DNA from: Trypethelium eluteriae | Taxonomy: Eukaryota | Direction of reading: 5' to 3' | Assembly: GCA_051942245.1 (NCBI GenBank) | Contig: JAVECL010000051.1 | Location: 53,409 to 73,408, forward strand | Length of the DNA stretch: 20,000 nt | Part shown: positions 1-10,677 of the stretch, in pieces | Position numbering within the stretch: position 1 is the stretch's first letter | Layout: the number at the start of each line of letters is the position of its first letter | Made by a program: the position numbers and the translations under genes | Notes under the pieces: model-generated | Database searches by the model: none | The model's input: only the letters and a program-made list of their open reading frames with translations | Told to the model about the DNA's origin: nothing

Positions 1-134
1 TATAATTCCTACGATACAGCTTCGACGTCTATCAGAGCTGTCCTTGCTCTTGTGTCTACATCTTCATCTCACATTGTGGGCCGACTTAAACTAGTCGCCT
101 TCAAAGTTCCTTGCACTCTAATATCTGAGATACC

Positions 135-1743
135 ATGGCCGTTCAGAATTCTTACCTGGAGACCAATGAACCAGAATTAGTTCCCCTTGCTCAGTCTATC
201 CTTTCTCTCACGCAATCCTTGTCCAGTCACCTCTCACAGCTCTCACATCCCGCTCCGACTTTTCACTCCACCTCAGCGGGACCACCACTGACGCTGACGT
301 ACGAATCGCTTCGTTATCGGCTCAATTCTGCTGCATTGGACCTACTACGCTTGGTCAATGGTCCCAAAAACACTTTCCGTACTTTTCTCTTTTCCCACTA
401 TGACCTCGCCGCCTACCAAGTGGCATTGGAGTTCGATTTCTTTGGTGCCGTGCCCTTGGACGGAAAAGTCACTGTTCAGGAGATTGCAGCCAAAGTTGGC
501 ATAGATTTGGATCGAACAAGCCGAATACTTAGGACCTTGGCAACACAAAGGGTATTCCGGGAAGTGGGTCGTGAGGGATTGGGGAGCACGTTCGAACATA
601 CAGCATTGAGTTCGATGTTAGCGCGCGATAAGACGTTAAGAGATGCGTTTCTCATGCAGTGAGTCTATTTCTTCTTGATACTTTCTTACATCTCCCTGCT
701 ATCTGCATCAATTCTTGCGCCGATACTGATCTTGCAGCTTGGATGAATTCTTCGGTGCCGCGTCTGCAACATCCATGAGCCTACACAATGCTCCTAAGAT
801 AAGCGATGCAATGCACTCCCCTTTCTACGCCCGTCATGGTGTACCGGCCTATGAATTTTACGACAAGAACCCGGACAAAGCTATCCGCTTTGCTAGCGCG
901 ATGGCCGGTGTAACAAAACGTACGTGCCTGATCCATTTGTTTATGACAAAGTTGAATGAAACATTGGATGCATGAAACGAACAACCGAAATTATTGACAA
1001 TGGACCAGTTGATCATCAGGTCACAAAGCTCCGAGACGAATTCAATTGGGCTTCCTTGCCGGCTGGAAACGTTGTCGATGTGGGTGGGGGTAGTGGACAC
1101 GTCTGTATCCAACTAGCCCGCGTAAGTACTTCTGCTACAGCGAGATCATCCGCGACAGCTGTGGCTTATTCTCCTGTCTATGTGTATCTGAGCTAATGCA
1201 TCTCAGGAGTTCACGCATTTGAAGTTCATCATTCAGGACAGGCTCGTCATGTTGAACGAAGGACGTGAGCTTTGGACTGATGGCTTAAAGGATCGTGTAG
1301 AATTCATGGAACACGACCTCTTCAAGCCACAGCCAATCCATGACGCCAGCGCTTTCTTCATGCGTCATGTCACCCACAACTGGACGAATCCTGACTGTGT
1401 GCGAATTTTTCGCTCACTTGTTCCAGCATTAGAGAAATGCGCCAAAGGGACGCCTCTGCTCATAAATGATCATGTGATACCGGAGTTCGGAGAAAAAACA
1501 AGCTTTGCTGAATATGAAATAAGACAATTAGATATGCTCATGTGTGTCGTTCTGGGTTCGAAGCAGAGAAGCAGGAAAGAGTTCGAGGCGTTGTTGAAGG
1601 AGGCAGACCAGCGATTTCGGGTCAGTAAATCCAGCATGTCAATTTGTACGAGATTTGAGAGATGTACTAACGATTGAGCATAGCTCGTCAAAGCAAACAG
1701 CACCGAAACTATTGGATTCCTGGAGGTTTATCTAGATACCTAG
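135..1743 (+). CDS. SAM-dependent O-methyltransferase (fungal secondary-metabolite Methyltransf_2 type), 5 exons, ~430 aa
   Basis: Exons 135-658, 738-919, 1009-1121, 1207-1620 and 1684-1743 join in frame (1293 nt, ending ..FLEVYLDT-TAG). Introns: GTGAGT..CTGAT..CAG (659-737), GTACGT..TTGAC..CAG (920-1008), GTAAGT..GCTAAT..CAG (1122-1206), GTCAGT..ACTAAC..TAG (1621-1683). Motifs: SAM-binding VVDVGGGSGH, IIQD, HDLF.PQP, catalytic-His region RHVTHNW, and an N-terminal dimerisation/wHTH-like segment (EIAAKVGIDLDRTSRILRTL). Confidence 0.93.
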
Positions 1744-2487
1744 ATACTAGCCCCAGCTATCACCACCGATGTCAGAGGGTGTACTCGATCATGCGTCGGG
1801 ACTCTCTTGCCGCACTCGACACACCGACTTCTACCCCTCAATTATGCTCAATCAGACAATTCGCGACTTTGTACTGATTCATTTCCTATGCTTTAGATAG
1901 CTAAGCTTCCTTAAGAAAGTTTTGGAGATACTTACATTTTACCAATGGTTCTAAACATGGAGTGGGCTTAAGGCCGAGGAATTTTGGAGCGTGATATTTT
2001 CTATGTCTCACCTTGATTGCGGTACTTTCAAGGAATCACATTTTCAATGCCTACATCATTCTGTGACAGTCTTGTGTAGATCGTAAGCACATGATTTCTA
2101 TTTCTCCCACAGGTCAGCAGACGGGATCTATTCGAGGTGCTAAGCGAACCACATCCTCCTCTCCCACTTTTGCCCTTGATAGCCTCCTAAGGTCTCGGGG
2201 TTCGACGACTGATTCCTAGAAAAGGTTTCTGGAAATTCGAATCATAGAAGAGAGACGTCATCTCCCCAGAAGCTGCCAGAAGCTATAGCAGATAGCCCAT
2301 ACAGGTTGGCCACATTTCGTTACATTTTCCTCATGTAGCAGTAAGCTACCAGCTAGGAAACTTCTTCATCTACGTGAGCTCAAATTATGCGGTGATGTCT
2401 CATCTCCAAAAAGGAGACGAACTCCACTCCCTCTCTCCACTCGAACACCACAAACGACAAAATCAAAGAACTCCATACAGGCAAACA

Positions 2488-4935
2488 TCAATTTGCATTG
2501 CACAGATCAAACCACTGTTCCAGCACAACGCTCTCGGGATCGAGTTCATATTGTGGCGAGCAAGAAGCCGTGTGAGGCAAGACTGACTCACAAACCCCGC
2601 TATTCAAGCCAGGTGACGAGGGATCCGAGCAAGGGCGGCTTGTTCCAATGTCGTTCAGTGCCAGTCCTGACATGATATCACATGACTGTCCTGAACTATA
2701 ATTGGCAGCCGCGTCTGTCGCTGGCCATTGTGAGCCTTCACTTGGGAATGGCGGAAGGTCAATCCTTTCAGACGATCTTGGCGAAGAGTCAACTCCAAGG
2801 TCGGTCGGATACACATCGAGTGCTGAGCAGTCATGCGCAGCATTCTCGACCATCTCGAATCCAAGCCAGCTGTTGCCCTTCATATGACTATTACTTGTCT
2901 CGTTGATAGACACTCGGCTCGATGCAGCGAGACAGTGTAGCTGCGAATCAGATAATAATGCGTCGAGTTTTGGTAGTACTTCTTTCAGTTTCTGCGTACC
3001 AGTCTTGGCAATACGATTGGTCTCCTGAAGTAACGTCAGACGTTCGAGTGCCTTTATAATATGCGCGCGACATTGAGTTGCAGTGAATGTTCTCCTCGGA
3101 CTAATTTGCGTATGGAAAAGGGAAGTACGCTTGTTCCGTAATTGTCCCTCGGCCAATATCTTGTGGCTAGTAAATGTACTCATTAGACACATAGCAAGCA
3201 GCATGGCAGGCTCAAAGGTAAAGAAGCTTAATAGAAAGAACCGGTTGGTGTTCCCGCCCATCAACCCATGAAGTTGCGACACGCTTTCTAGTAATGAAAC
3301 GGTCGCGTTGACCAAGTAGTTATGGTGCTTCCAGACTAGATCCTGCTCATATTGTAACATAGTCTGTATATGCTCCGGCGCTAAGTGTAAGAGCGGTTGA
3401 AATAGCTGGCACAAAATAGCAAATACAGATATTCGGAGCGTTTGCCGTTGGCGCGACAGCATCGGAAGTTTCTCGTCCCACTGTAGGTCAGGAATATGCA
3501 GGTCAAATTGGGAGGGCAGCTGGTCCACGAATTGTTGATGCAGGCGCTCATAGACTTCTTCGATACGGCTAGGATCATAATGACCGGACTTAATGGAGTC
3601 CATCACTCCTTCTGCAAAACACAGCTTGCAGAGCTTCGCCTGGAGGAGACGTCCAGTGAATGGATCGGGGATGTTGAATTTGCTGAGACTTCCAGAGATC
3701 AAGCGTATTTTCGACATTTCATTGAAGTGGTCTTCTGGAATGCAGGGCAGACGACCGAGAAAAAGAGACAGAAACCTGTCACAGATGTACAAATTGCAGA
3801 AGGCTCTCCGCCTCAACTCTTTTTCCAAGTTATCCATTGGCTGTTGCAACCGTGATGATTCCTCAAGACGTATATCAAGATCTTGAACGATCCTGACTGT
3901 GGATCCCAGGGTATACCAGGCGTCCCTCATCAATCCCTCGTTTTTAAGGTAGCAGACATGGTAGAGAAGATACTGTACGCAGACAAGTGATTTTGGACCG
4001 TCAACTTGTTCACTTATCTTGTGGAGTCGTATCGCTAGTGTATCACAGTGGGTGCGGATAGTATCGATAGGGATACCCAAGATCTTCTCGGCCGTGTGGG
4101 TACTTGACGGCATGAATTGTGCGCTATACGCGCAAATGCGGAGGATTAAAATTCCAAAGTCAATGCTATCCTTACTTGATCCGGGACACGTCCTCCACCA
4201 TTGATTATAATGATTAAGAAACATAGATGGATGAATCATCTCATATATCCAATTAACTTCTTTGAAGAAATGCTGGACGAGGCAGTTGACAACGGAGTGC
4301 TTAGGAAAACGTTCGAGGCATGTGCGGATGTCTTGCTGCAGCCATCCAGGGATGGTAGCTGAAGACTCTGACTCCAGTTCCTCTTTGTCCAATAAGTTGA
4401 ACTGAGACCAAAAAAAAAGGTACTTGGTTAGTACAAGGTAGTGTGAACTAATGGCTGAAAGGATCGAAGGGGTATGTTCGTCAATATGGAACATCTCTAC
4501 CTTTTTCATCAGACTGATAAGATTCGATTTACTTCCCTCAAAGTAACCAAGACAGGATGACACCTTAGCATTGTATCGAACTGAAGAATCTGTGTCTAGA
4601 ATATCTGGTGTTGACGGCGCTTCTTGCGCTCTTCCTGTCCCGCCAGCTAGTGGGCTCGTCTCCGGAGAATTTCTTTCTTCAATGCCATGTATATTGGAAG
4701 CCGATTTGTCTGCCTGTGGCGTTTCCGAATCAGTAAATGAATAGCTACACAGCTCAGGCAATCTTCGGTGGACGCATTTGGCACAAGGGTACTGATGATC
4801 GCACTGCGTCTACATTAGCTATATGATCCCATTCTACGCGACGCTTGAATGGAGTGACTGCACTTTCTGCTTCTTTTGGTAGCACTGACTGCATGCAGCT
4901 ACCGGACGCTTCCGCTTTTTTGGCTCTGATGGCAT
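2488..4935 (-). CDS. Zn(II)2Cys6 binuclear-cluster transcription factor with fungal-specific TF (middle homology) domain, ~762 aa
   Basis: Exon 1 (4935-4864, MPSEPKKRKRPVAACSQCYQKKQK) spliced over a 60-nt intron (4863-4804) to 4803 restores CSQC-x6-C-x5-CAKC-x8-C. A probable second intron lies at 4500-4402, and the last exon runs 4401-2488. Fungal_trans-like motifs: LVQHFFKEVNWIYEMIHPSMF, AWYTLGSTVRIVQDL, EKELRRRAFCNLYICDRFLSLFLGR. Acidic C-terminus. An alternative in-frame ATG exists at 5043. Confidence 0.92.
4402..4500 (-). other. Probable 99-nt in-frame, stop-free intron in the Zn2Cys6 TF gene
   Basis: AAG|GTAGAG donor at 4500, perfect TACTAAC branch point (4433-4427), poly-T tract and TCTCAG acceptor at 4402. 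Phase 0, length 3n. Confidence 0.75.
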
Positions 4936-5200
4936 AGGTACTAGGATGAGAGTAGTAGGAACGCTTGCAAAGAGACCAGAAATACTGCGGTCGTTGGCGT
5001 TCTCATGTTTCGAGTTGATCAAGAGAGCTGATATGTCACTCATAAATTCGGAGGGAAACTTGATCCGTGTTGCTGGATGAAGAGGTTACGGGACATAACG
5101 CATGAAAGGACGGGATCTCAGCCACCACTAACGGCCCATCCCATAGTGCCACCTTGTGCAGCGTCGTGGCTTTTTTTCTTCCTTGTAAGGCAAGACGCCC

Positions 5201-5219
5201 AGTCGGCGATTCTCCGACT
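5201..5219. promoter_or_regulatory. Inverted repeat AGTCGG-N7-CCGACT, candidate Zn2Cys6 dimer site
   Basis: The sequence agtcggcgattctccgact lies ~270 bp upstream of the TF ATG at 4935. CGG-Nx-CCG is the canonical Zn2Cys6 site architecture. Confidence 0.3.
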
Positions 5220-7885
5220 CCGCCGGGCACCAGCTACAAATCATCCCCCTCGTCATTTACACCTCCGGTATCGTTGACTCTGTCATTTCTAAGCACGTAT
5301 CCGTTCCAGACAGGCCTTTAGAGTTGAGGTGATGACCTTCTGTGTTTGGTGATAAAATACCGAAAGTTGAGAGTCTGAGGAGTGATGCACTTGTAGTGGG
5401 GTAGACCGTGGTTGGCACCATTTCCCGAATCCTCCGTGCCGTGCATCGAGTCTTGTGAGACCAAGGTAACTGTCTACTCAGGGTTTCGCGAAGAGATCTG
5501 CTCTGAAATCCTTGTTTCATCACCGCTATTGGTGACATGATCCGGTCCCGTCTTCTCGTCTTGAGATGATTGGAATCTTGCCGTCAGGTGCTCGATCTAC
5601 TATTCTTCTGCGTGTCTGTCTTCTATGAAGTTCTTCTTATCATCAGCGACTCACTATTGGGTTCCAAAGCTTAAGAAAACCGCCTTGGCCGTCCTTTGTG
5701 TGGCGCCGAGAAAATGATCAGTGCTGTGAGGACCCACTGATGCACAGCACGTCGTTAGAATGCGTCAATCGGCCTCACAGTGCATGTCCGAGGCTACATT
5801 GCTTTTTAACAACAATGCTCATGGAAATTTTGGACCAACGAGGTCATGAGAAGATTACCCCCAGTGGATAAGAATTCTTCGCAAACCCTTGACCAGTGAT
5901 ATACCCAGAGTTTTTTGCAGCATCTCGAAGGATCCCGTAGCCAGCGGATGTATTCGGATGGTGAGCGTCATTCGACATTGGCGCTTTTGTGCCGTTCCAA
6001 GCCGTGATCTAGCGGAATTATTGAGTTTCTATGATCGCAGCCACGGTCGCAGCAGAACACTTGTGAGATCCAAATCCTAGTGGCACAAGAATGAACTTCG
6101 ACCTGGATGCAGCATGCAAGTGCTTCAAGTAACAGGAACAAAATGGCGATAGAAAATGGATACGATAAGGTGAAGGTGTTTCAGAATCCACGGTGCGATA
6201 GTCGATTTTCCAATCGTCGATGTGCAGGAATCCTAGTTTCACCGCATAACCTGTACCCCATACGTACTCCGTCTAGAGGTCTTCTTCAGGAACGCCATCT
6301 ACGGTTAATCGAGGGCCATCTTACTCCACAGTAAGCGCTTAGGGCATCGCACCACCACACTGCACAGATTGCGTGGCCTGGCTGATATGCAACTTGCTTG
6401 TTTTACATATGTCGAGCGTACTGAGGTAGAGGTAACGCGAGATCTGTACTGCGAACGGCTCGTAGAATCGCATGATCCGTCGAAACTCGAATGTAGCCAC
6501 ATCACGACCGAAACCTCTTCAGCTCTATCTCAGTAGACTATGGTGATCTACCTAACACATTTGATGGTCCCCTGGAATTAAGGGGTGGGAGGTCCCTGCA
6601 CCTAGTACTAGATCTAATTGGGCAACTACGTAGCCTCGACGGCAAGGCTGAGGCAATAGCGTCGAAAACATCGGATCCGGACCTGACTTACATACCTAAG
6701 TTGTGTATAGCTCCAAGTTCGACACGGAGACACTACAGCTTCAGGTTATTGGTTTTCGTTCGGTACTGTATGATACATTGTAACAACTTGGGAGGATCTA
6801 CTTGAAAGCCCCCCCCGCAGCATCGGTGGCGCAGTGACTCAGACGACAGTGACTCGATGTAGTATGTTTCTGCTACGTCCTGATCTGTTCAATCTCAATT
6901 TCAAGTCTTCTTTGATCAAGCTTACTACAAGCAAACGAGCGCTTAGAAGTCAGTGCAAACGGTCAAGTCGAACCTGACAGCCAGGTAGTCCAACGGCGTA
7001 CGCTCGCGATACTGTTCATTTTGGGCAATTTGCTCTCCAACACGTCGCGATCGAAGTTCATCGAAAGCGCCTTGCGCAAACGCATTTTGCCGGGAGAGAG
7101 CAGACGGTGTTCACTGTTGGAGGAAGCTACTCCCTGAGGCCCTGGATGGAAGTGCGTTCCATAGGTGGTTATTACCGCATTTGCATTAGTGCATAGTCAA
7201 TATTGTCTCATCTGCGGTTTCTCCCAGATCCTAGACTACACACACTACAATCAACTCAGTTTCTCTACATTCAACATTTACGATACTCTCGAAAGCAAGC
7301 GTCATCAAACAGTACTATTCGAGTCAGCGCTCGTGCTATGAGGTCATTCTGCCTTCCAAGCTATCGAATCGAGCGGACTCCATCAAAAACATCTTGCTAG
7401 ACCCTTGACCTTGCTACCCAGGAAGAGTTAGAGTATTCGAAGATTTTATTACTTTTCAGAGCCAGGCTCTCAAAGACTCCCCAGTTATATCACGGGTTGT
7501 CGAAGGGCACACTGAATCTCAAAACAAATTAGCAGAGTCCAGTCGGACTGATGCGCACTGAGTGCCTGGTCCTGGCCTGGCCTCTACGCGTCGGAGATGA
7601 GCTGCCGATTTTGACACCTCAACAACCACCATTTCAGCTCTGATCTTGTCCGAATTTGGTGTTCACAATTGACTCATTTAATTATCAACTCTATAAACGT
7701 CGTCAATTCGCTTATAAGGTAGTTGTATATGCGCTGAATTTTCTTTTAAATCTACTTTCTTATCCTATGCAGAGGTTTGTGGAGGTGATTGTTATTGTTA
7801 TGGAGGGGTCAAAATTGGCAACTCATAGTACTTGGACAAAAGGCGTCAGGTAAGGCAACCTCAGCAATTTCGCCGCGCCAGCGAG

Positions 7886-8091
7886 CGGATAATTTTTCGC
7901 ATGACTGTATTCCGGACCCGGAGAGCTGGTTTGGACGTTTGATCATCAGTGCGGAAACTCCCGAAATCCTCTTGCCCGGAAATGCAAGCGCACCCTGCAG
8001 ACACTTTCCGGTGTGACCAACCGTACCACTGCAAGCTACTGATTGTGGTAGATTACATTTCTATTAGGCAGCGGAAAAGGAGAAAGCGGAG
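7886..8091. promoter_or_regulatory. Cluster of CGGA(A/T) half-sites upstream of the VOC-fold gene
   Basis: CGGAAA at 7952, 7977, 8072 (+) and 8005-8010 (-). CGGATAA at 7886 (+), CGGAAT at 7909-7914 (-), CGGAG at 7919 and 8087. Confidence 0.45.
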
Positions 8092-8296
8092 GCCGTTAAT
8101 ACGATAATTACCTCAGCGCGTGTCGAAGCGAAGAGCCAAAAACAGTTTAGCTATCCAAATAGCCAAGGTGCTTCGAAAATCCAGCGAGCTCTCGTGATGA
8201 TAGCCATCGCCTCTATTGAGACTTCCTCTGAATGATATGATTCTCAGCCGCAGAGACCAGGGGTGCCTTGGATGAAATCCATCTGGTAGACCGAAG

Positions 8297-8304
8297 TATA
8301 AATA
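8297..8304 (+). promoter_or_regulatory. TATA box of the VOC-fold gene
   Basis: TATAAATA ~100 bp upstream of ATG 8406. Confidence 0.55.
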
Positions 8305-8405
8305 CCAGAGGCAAGTAAATTTCTCATGGATTCATTTCACAACATTACTTGAGCATCTTCATATATTGCGCATGTTCTATGTTAGAATTTGTGCGGCTTA
8401 TGAAC

Positions 8406-9164
8406 ATGGTTTCCTTGCTGCAACTCTTTTCTATCACTCTTGTTATCCTGCCTCGCTTAACGCAAGCATGTCTCGGGCATGCACTCCTACAGAAACGCCA
8501 ACTCCCTGGTCTTAACATCACCTTGGGTAATTCTGATCCCCAGCCTCCTGCCACTGTAGGCTACAATCTCAACCATCTTGCCATTGCCGTGCCCAATCTT
8601 ACGGCGAGTATGGACTTCTACGTCAATGCGCTCGGCTTCCGAGAGATGTTCACGCTGCCGATCACCGAAACGAATTCTTTCACTTATCTAGCCTATCCTC
8701 AGGGTGGACGGAACGGCACTGGGTATCAGACAGCTGAGGAAATGACTCGGCAAAAGAACAATGCAGAGGGTTTACTCGAAATTGTCTACTCTGAGGTATC
8801 CTTCCTTGTGTCTGCAGCTGTCTGGCTTAGGTATTTTCATGTCTCTAAGTGCGGCTAACAATCTCTGCAGTCCAACAACAATGCTGCTGCACCCCATCCC
8901 AGCAATGGCCTTGGCTTTTCTCATCTCGGCTTCATAGTGCCGTCCGTTACAGACACTCAGTCTCGCCTAGAAAATTTTAAAGCCACAATTGTTAAGCGCT
9001 CAGGGGAGCCTTTCACTGAAGAGATTCTGCAGAAGTACTTTGGCGTACAAGCTGGACAAGTTTCGCAGCAACAAGTCGCGGAGTTAGGAGATATATTTAC
9101 CTCATTGTTATTGGCGCTAGATCCCACCGGCTATCTATTGGAATTTCAGCAGCAGGACCCATAG
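8406..9164 (+). CDS. Secreted glyoxalase/bleomycin-resistance/dioxygenase (VOC) superfamily protein, lactoylglutathione-lyase-like, ~227 aa
   Basis: Exons 8406-8795 and 8871-9164, separated by a phase-0 intron GTATCC..GCTAAC..CAG (8796-8870). VOC motifs: LNHLAIAVPNLTASMDFYVNALGF, GLLEI, GFSHLGFIVPSV, DPTGYLLEF. Hydrophobic N-terminus followed by LLQKR. In-frame ATGs at 8379 and 8400 are alternative starts. Confidence 0.88.
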
Positions 9165-10677
9165 ACCATAGCATTTCGTGTGCATTTGCAATTGACTTGA
9201 TCAAAACTCTATTTAACCTACAATTTTCAATCCTACACGATCTTAGCTCGTTATGCGATGATATATTGGTACTAAGTCTCTTCCATAATTTCGCTTCCTG
9301 TAGCTCACGAGAATGCTTTCTATTGACAATGCTAAACTAATATGTTTGCTATGTTGTGGTTAGCTCCGAGGCGGCATTTAAGGGACACCGATCTCTCTTG
9401 GTTGGATCCCACTTCGGCAACCATCCCTGGCATTCCATACTTGGATTTGAACCTACGTTGAAAGAATGAGTCGATTTCTGTGGAGTAATTCCTACAAATT
9501 TATGCGGGGCTTAGTACGCCAAGATGGAATTTAGTTAAGTGGAGTGAGTGATTGGCCTCGCAAAGGATATACGGGTCAATGAAAATGGTATTTTATACTC
9601 TGCCGAATCAATAGGTCCAAGAAGGTTCTTAAAAATAGCGATATAACGCCGGGATGGTAGGATGGAGTTTTTACAGTTACTGCCTCGTCCTCTAGGCATG
9701 AGCTATACAATCGAGAAATACCACAAAATTGACCATACAACTTAAATCTAACATCCCATAAGAAATGGCTGTTCAGCGCGATCTTGGCAGTATGTAAAGT
9801 ATGACCATTTAACGTAGACTGATGGTTTAGAAAAATAACGAAGTGAGGCGGACTACACAACAGTTCGCGAAGTCTTCGACCCTAGCTTCCTCTCATCGCT
9901 ACCTAACTAGGTAGCTTAGATACGCACTAAATCGCTTTTAGCGATCTCTCAACATCCTACAACACCTAGTGCAACTTGTGAGCACGCTTTCTTCACTAGC
10001 TTTAGTGGCTTTCAGCTTTCTGACCTCGCACCTGAAGGGAACATTATCTTGAAAGGTTTCGGCTTCTTTACATCTCTTTCAAAACCTTCCAAGGTTGGCG
10101 TATCTCAACACCACGTGACATTGAATGGTGGCAGTGTACCTCGCAATCCAGGAGCGGATACTCCGTACAAGGCTGTGTCGCCAGAGTGTTACCGGGCGCG
10201 GTTGCCTGTTCAGCTGAATTTAGAGCACTTGAATTACAACTTTCGCATCGTAAGTATACTGTACGATTCAAGAGCGAATTACCAACGCTGCGAGCTGATG
10301 AGAAGTGGCAAAAGAACGTTGATCAGGCCCAGGATCCAGGCGTTCAGGGTCCTCATAGGGGCTCGTGGGACCGAGATTGCCGGAAACGCGAGATTTGCAC
10401 ATTTCCGCCGGTGACGTCCAACTTCACCTCACCCTCTCACCATCTCATCCGCTCCTGCCGCTCCTTTCGTTCATCACCTTTCCCTCACGCTCCTTACCTA
10501 CAAATCGTCGCGATTCTTCTTACTGGCCCTCTATCAGAACTGTGTACTGTCCAGAAGCTTGGCTTGCGTTCACGAGAACTGGACAGGCTGGATCACTGAA
10601 TCCACCGCCGCCTTCTTTGGCTTCAAACCTTCTTAGATTTCGACCTTCCTTACCCCGGATTCCGCTGGCTACCCGAC

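Noticed and set aside
6590..7700. TAG/CTAG-rich patches suggesting a RIP-mutated transposon
   Set aside because: No terminal repeats, target-site duplication or transposase/RT motifs are visible, and the region is not strongly AT-rich.
10111..10116. CACGTG E-box (possible bHLH/SREBP site) in the SUR2 promoter
   Set aside because: A single 6-mer, expected by chance; no supporting flanks.
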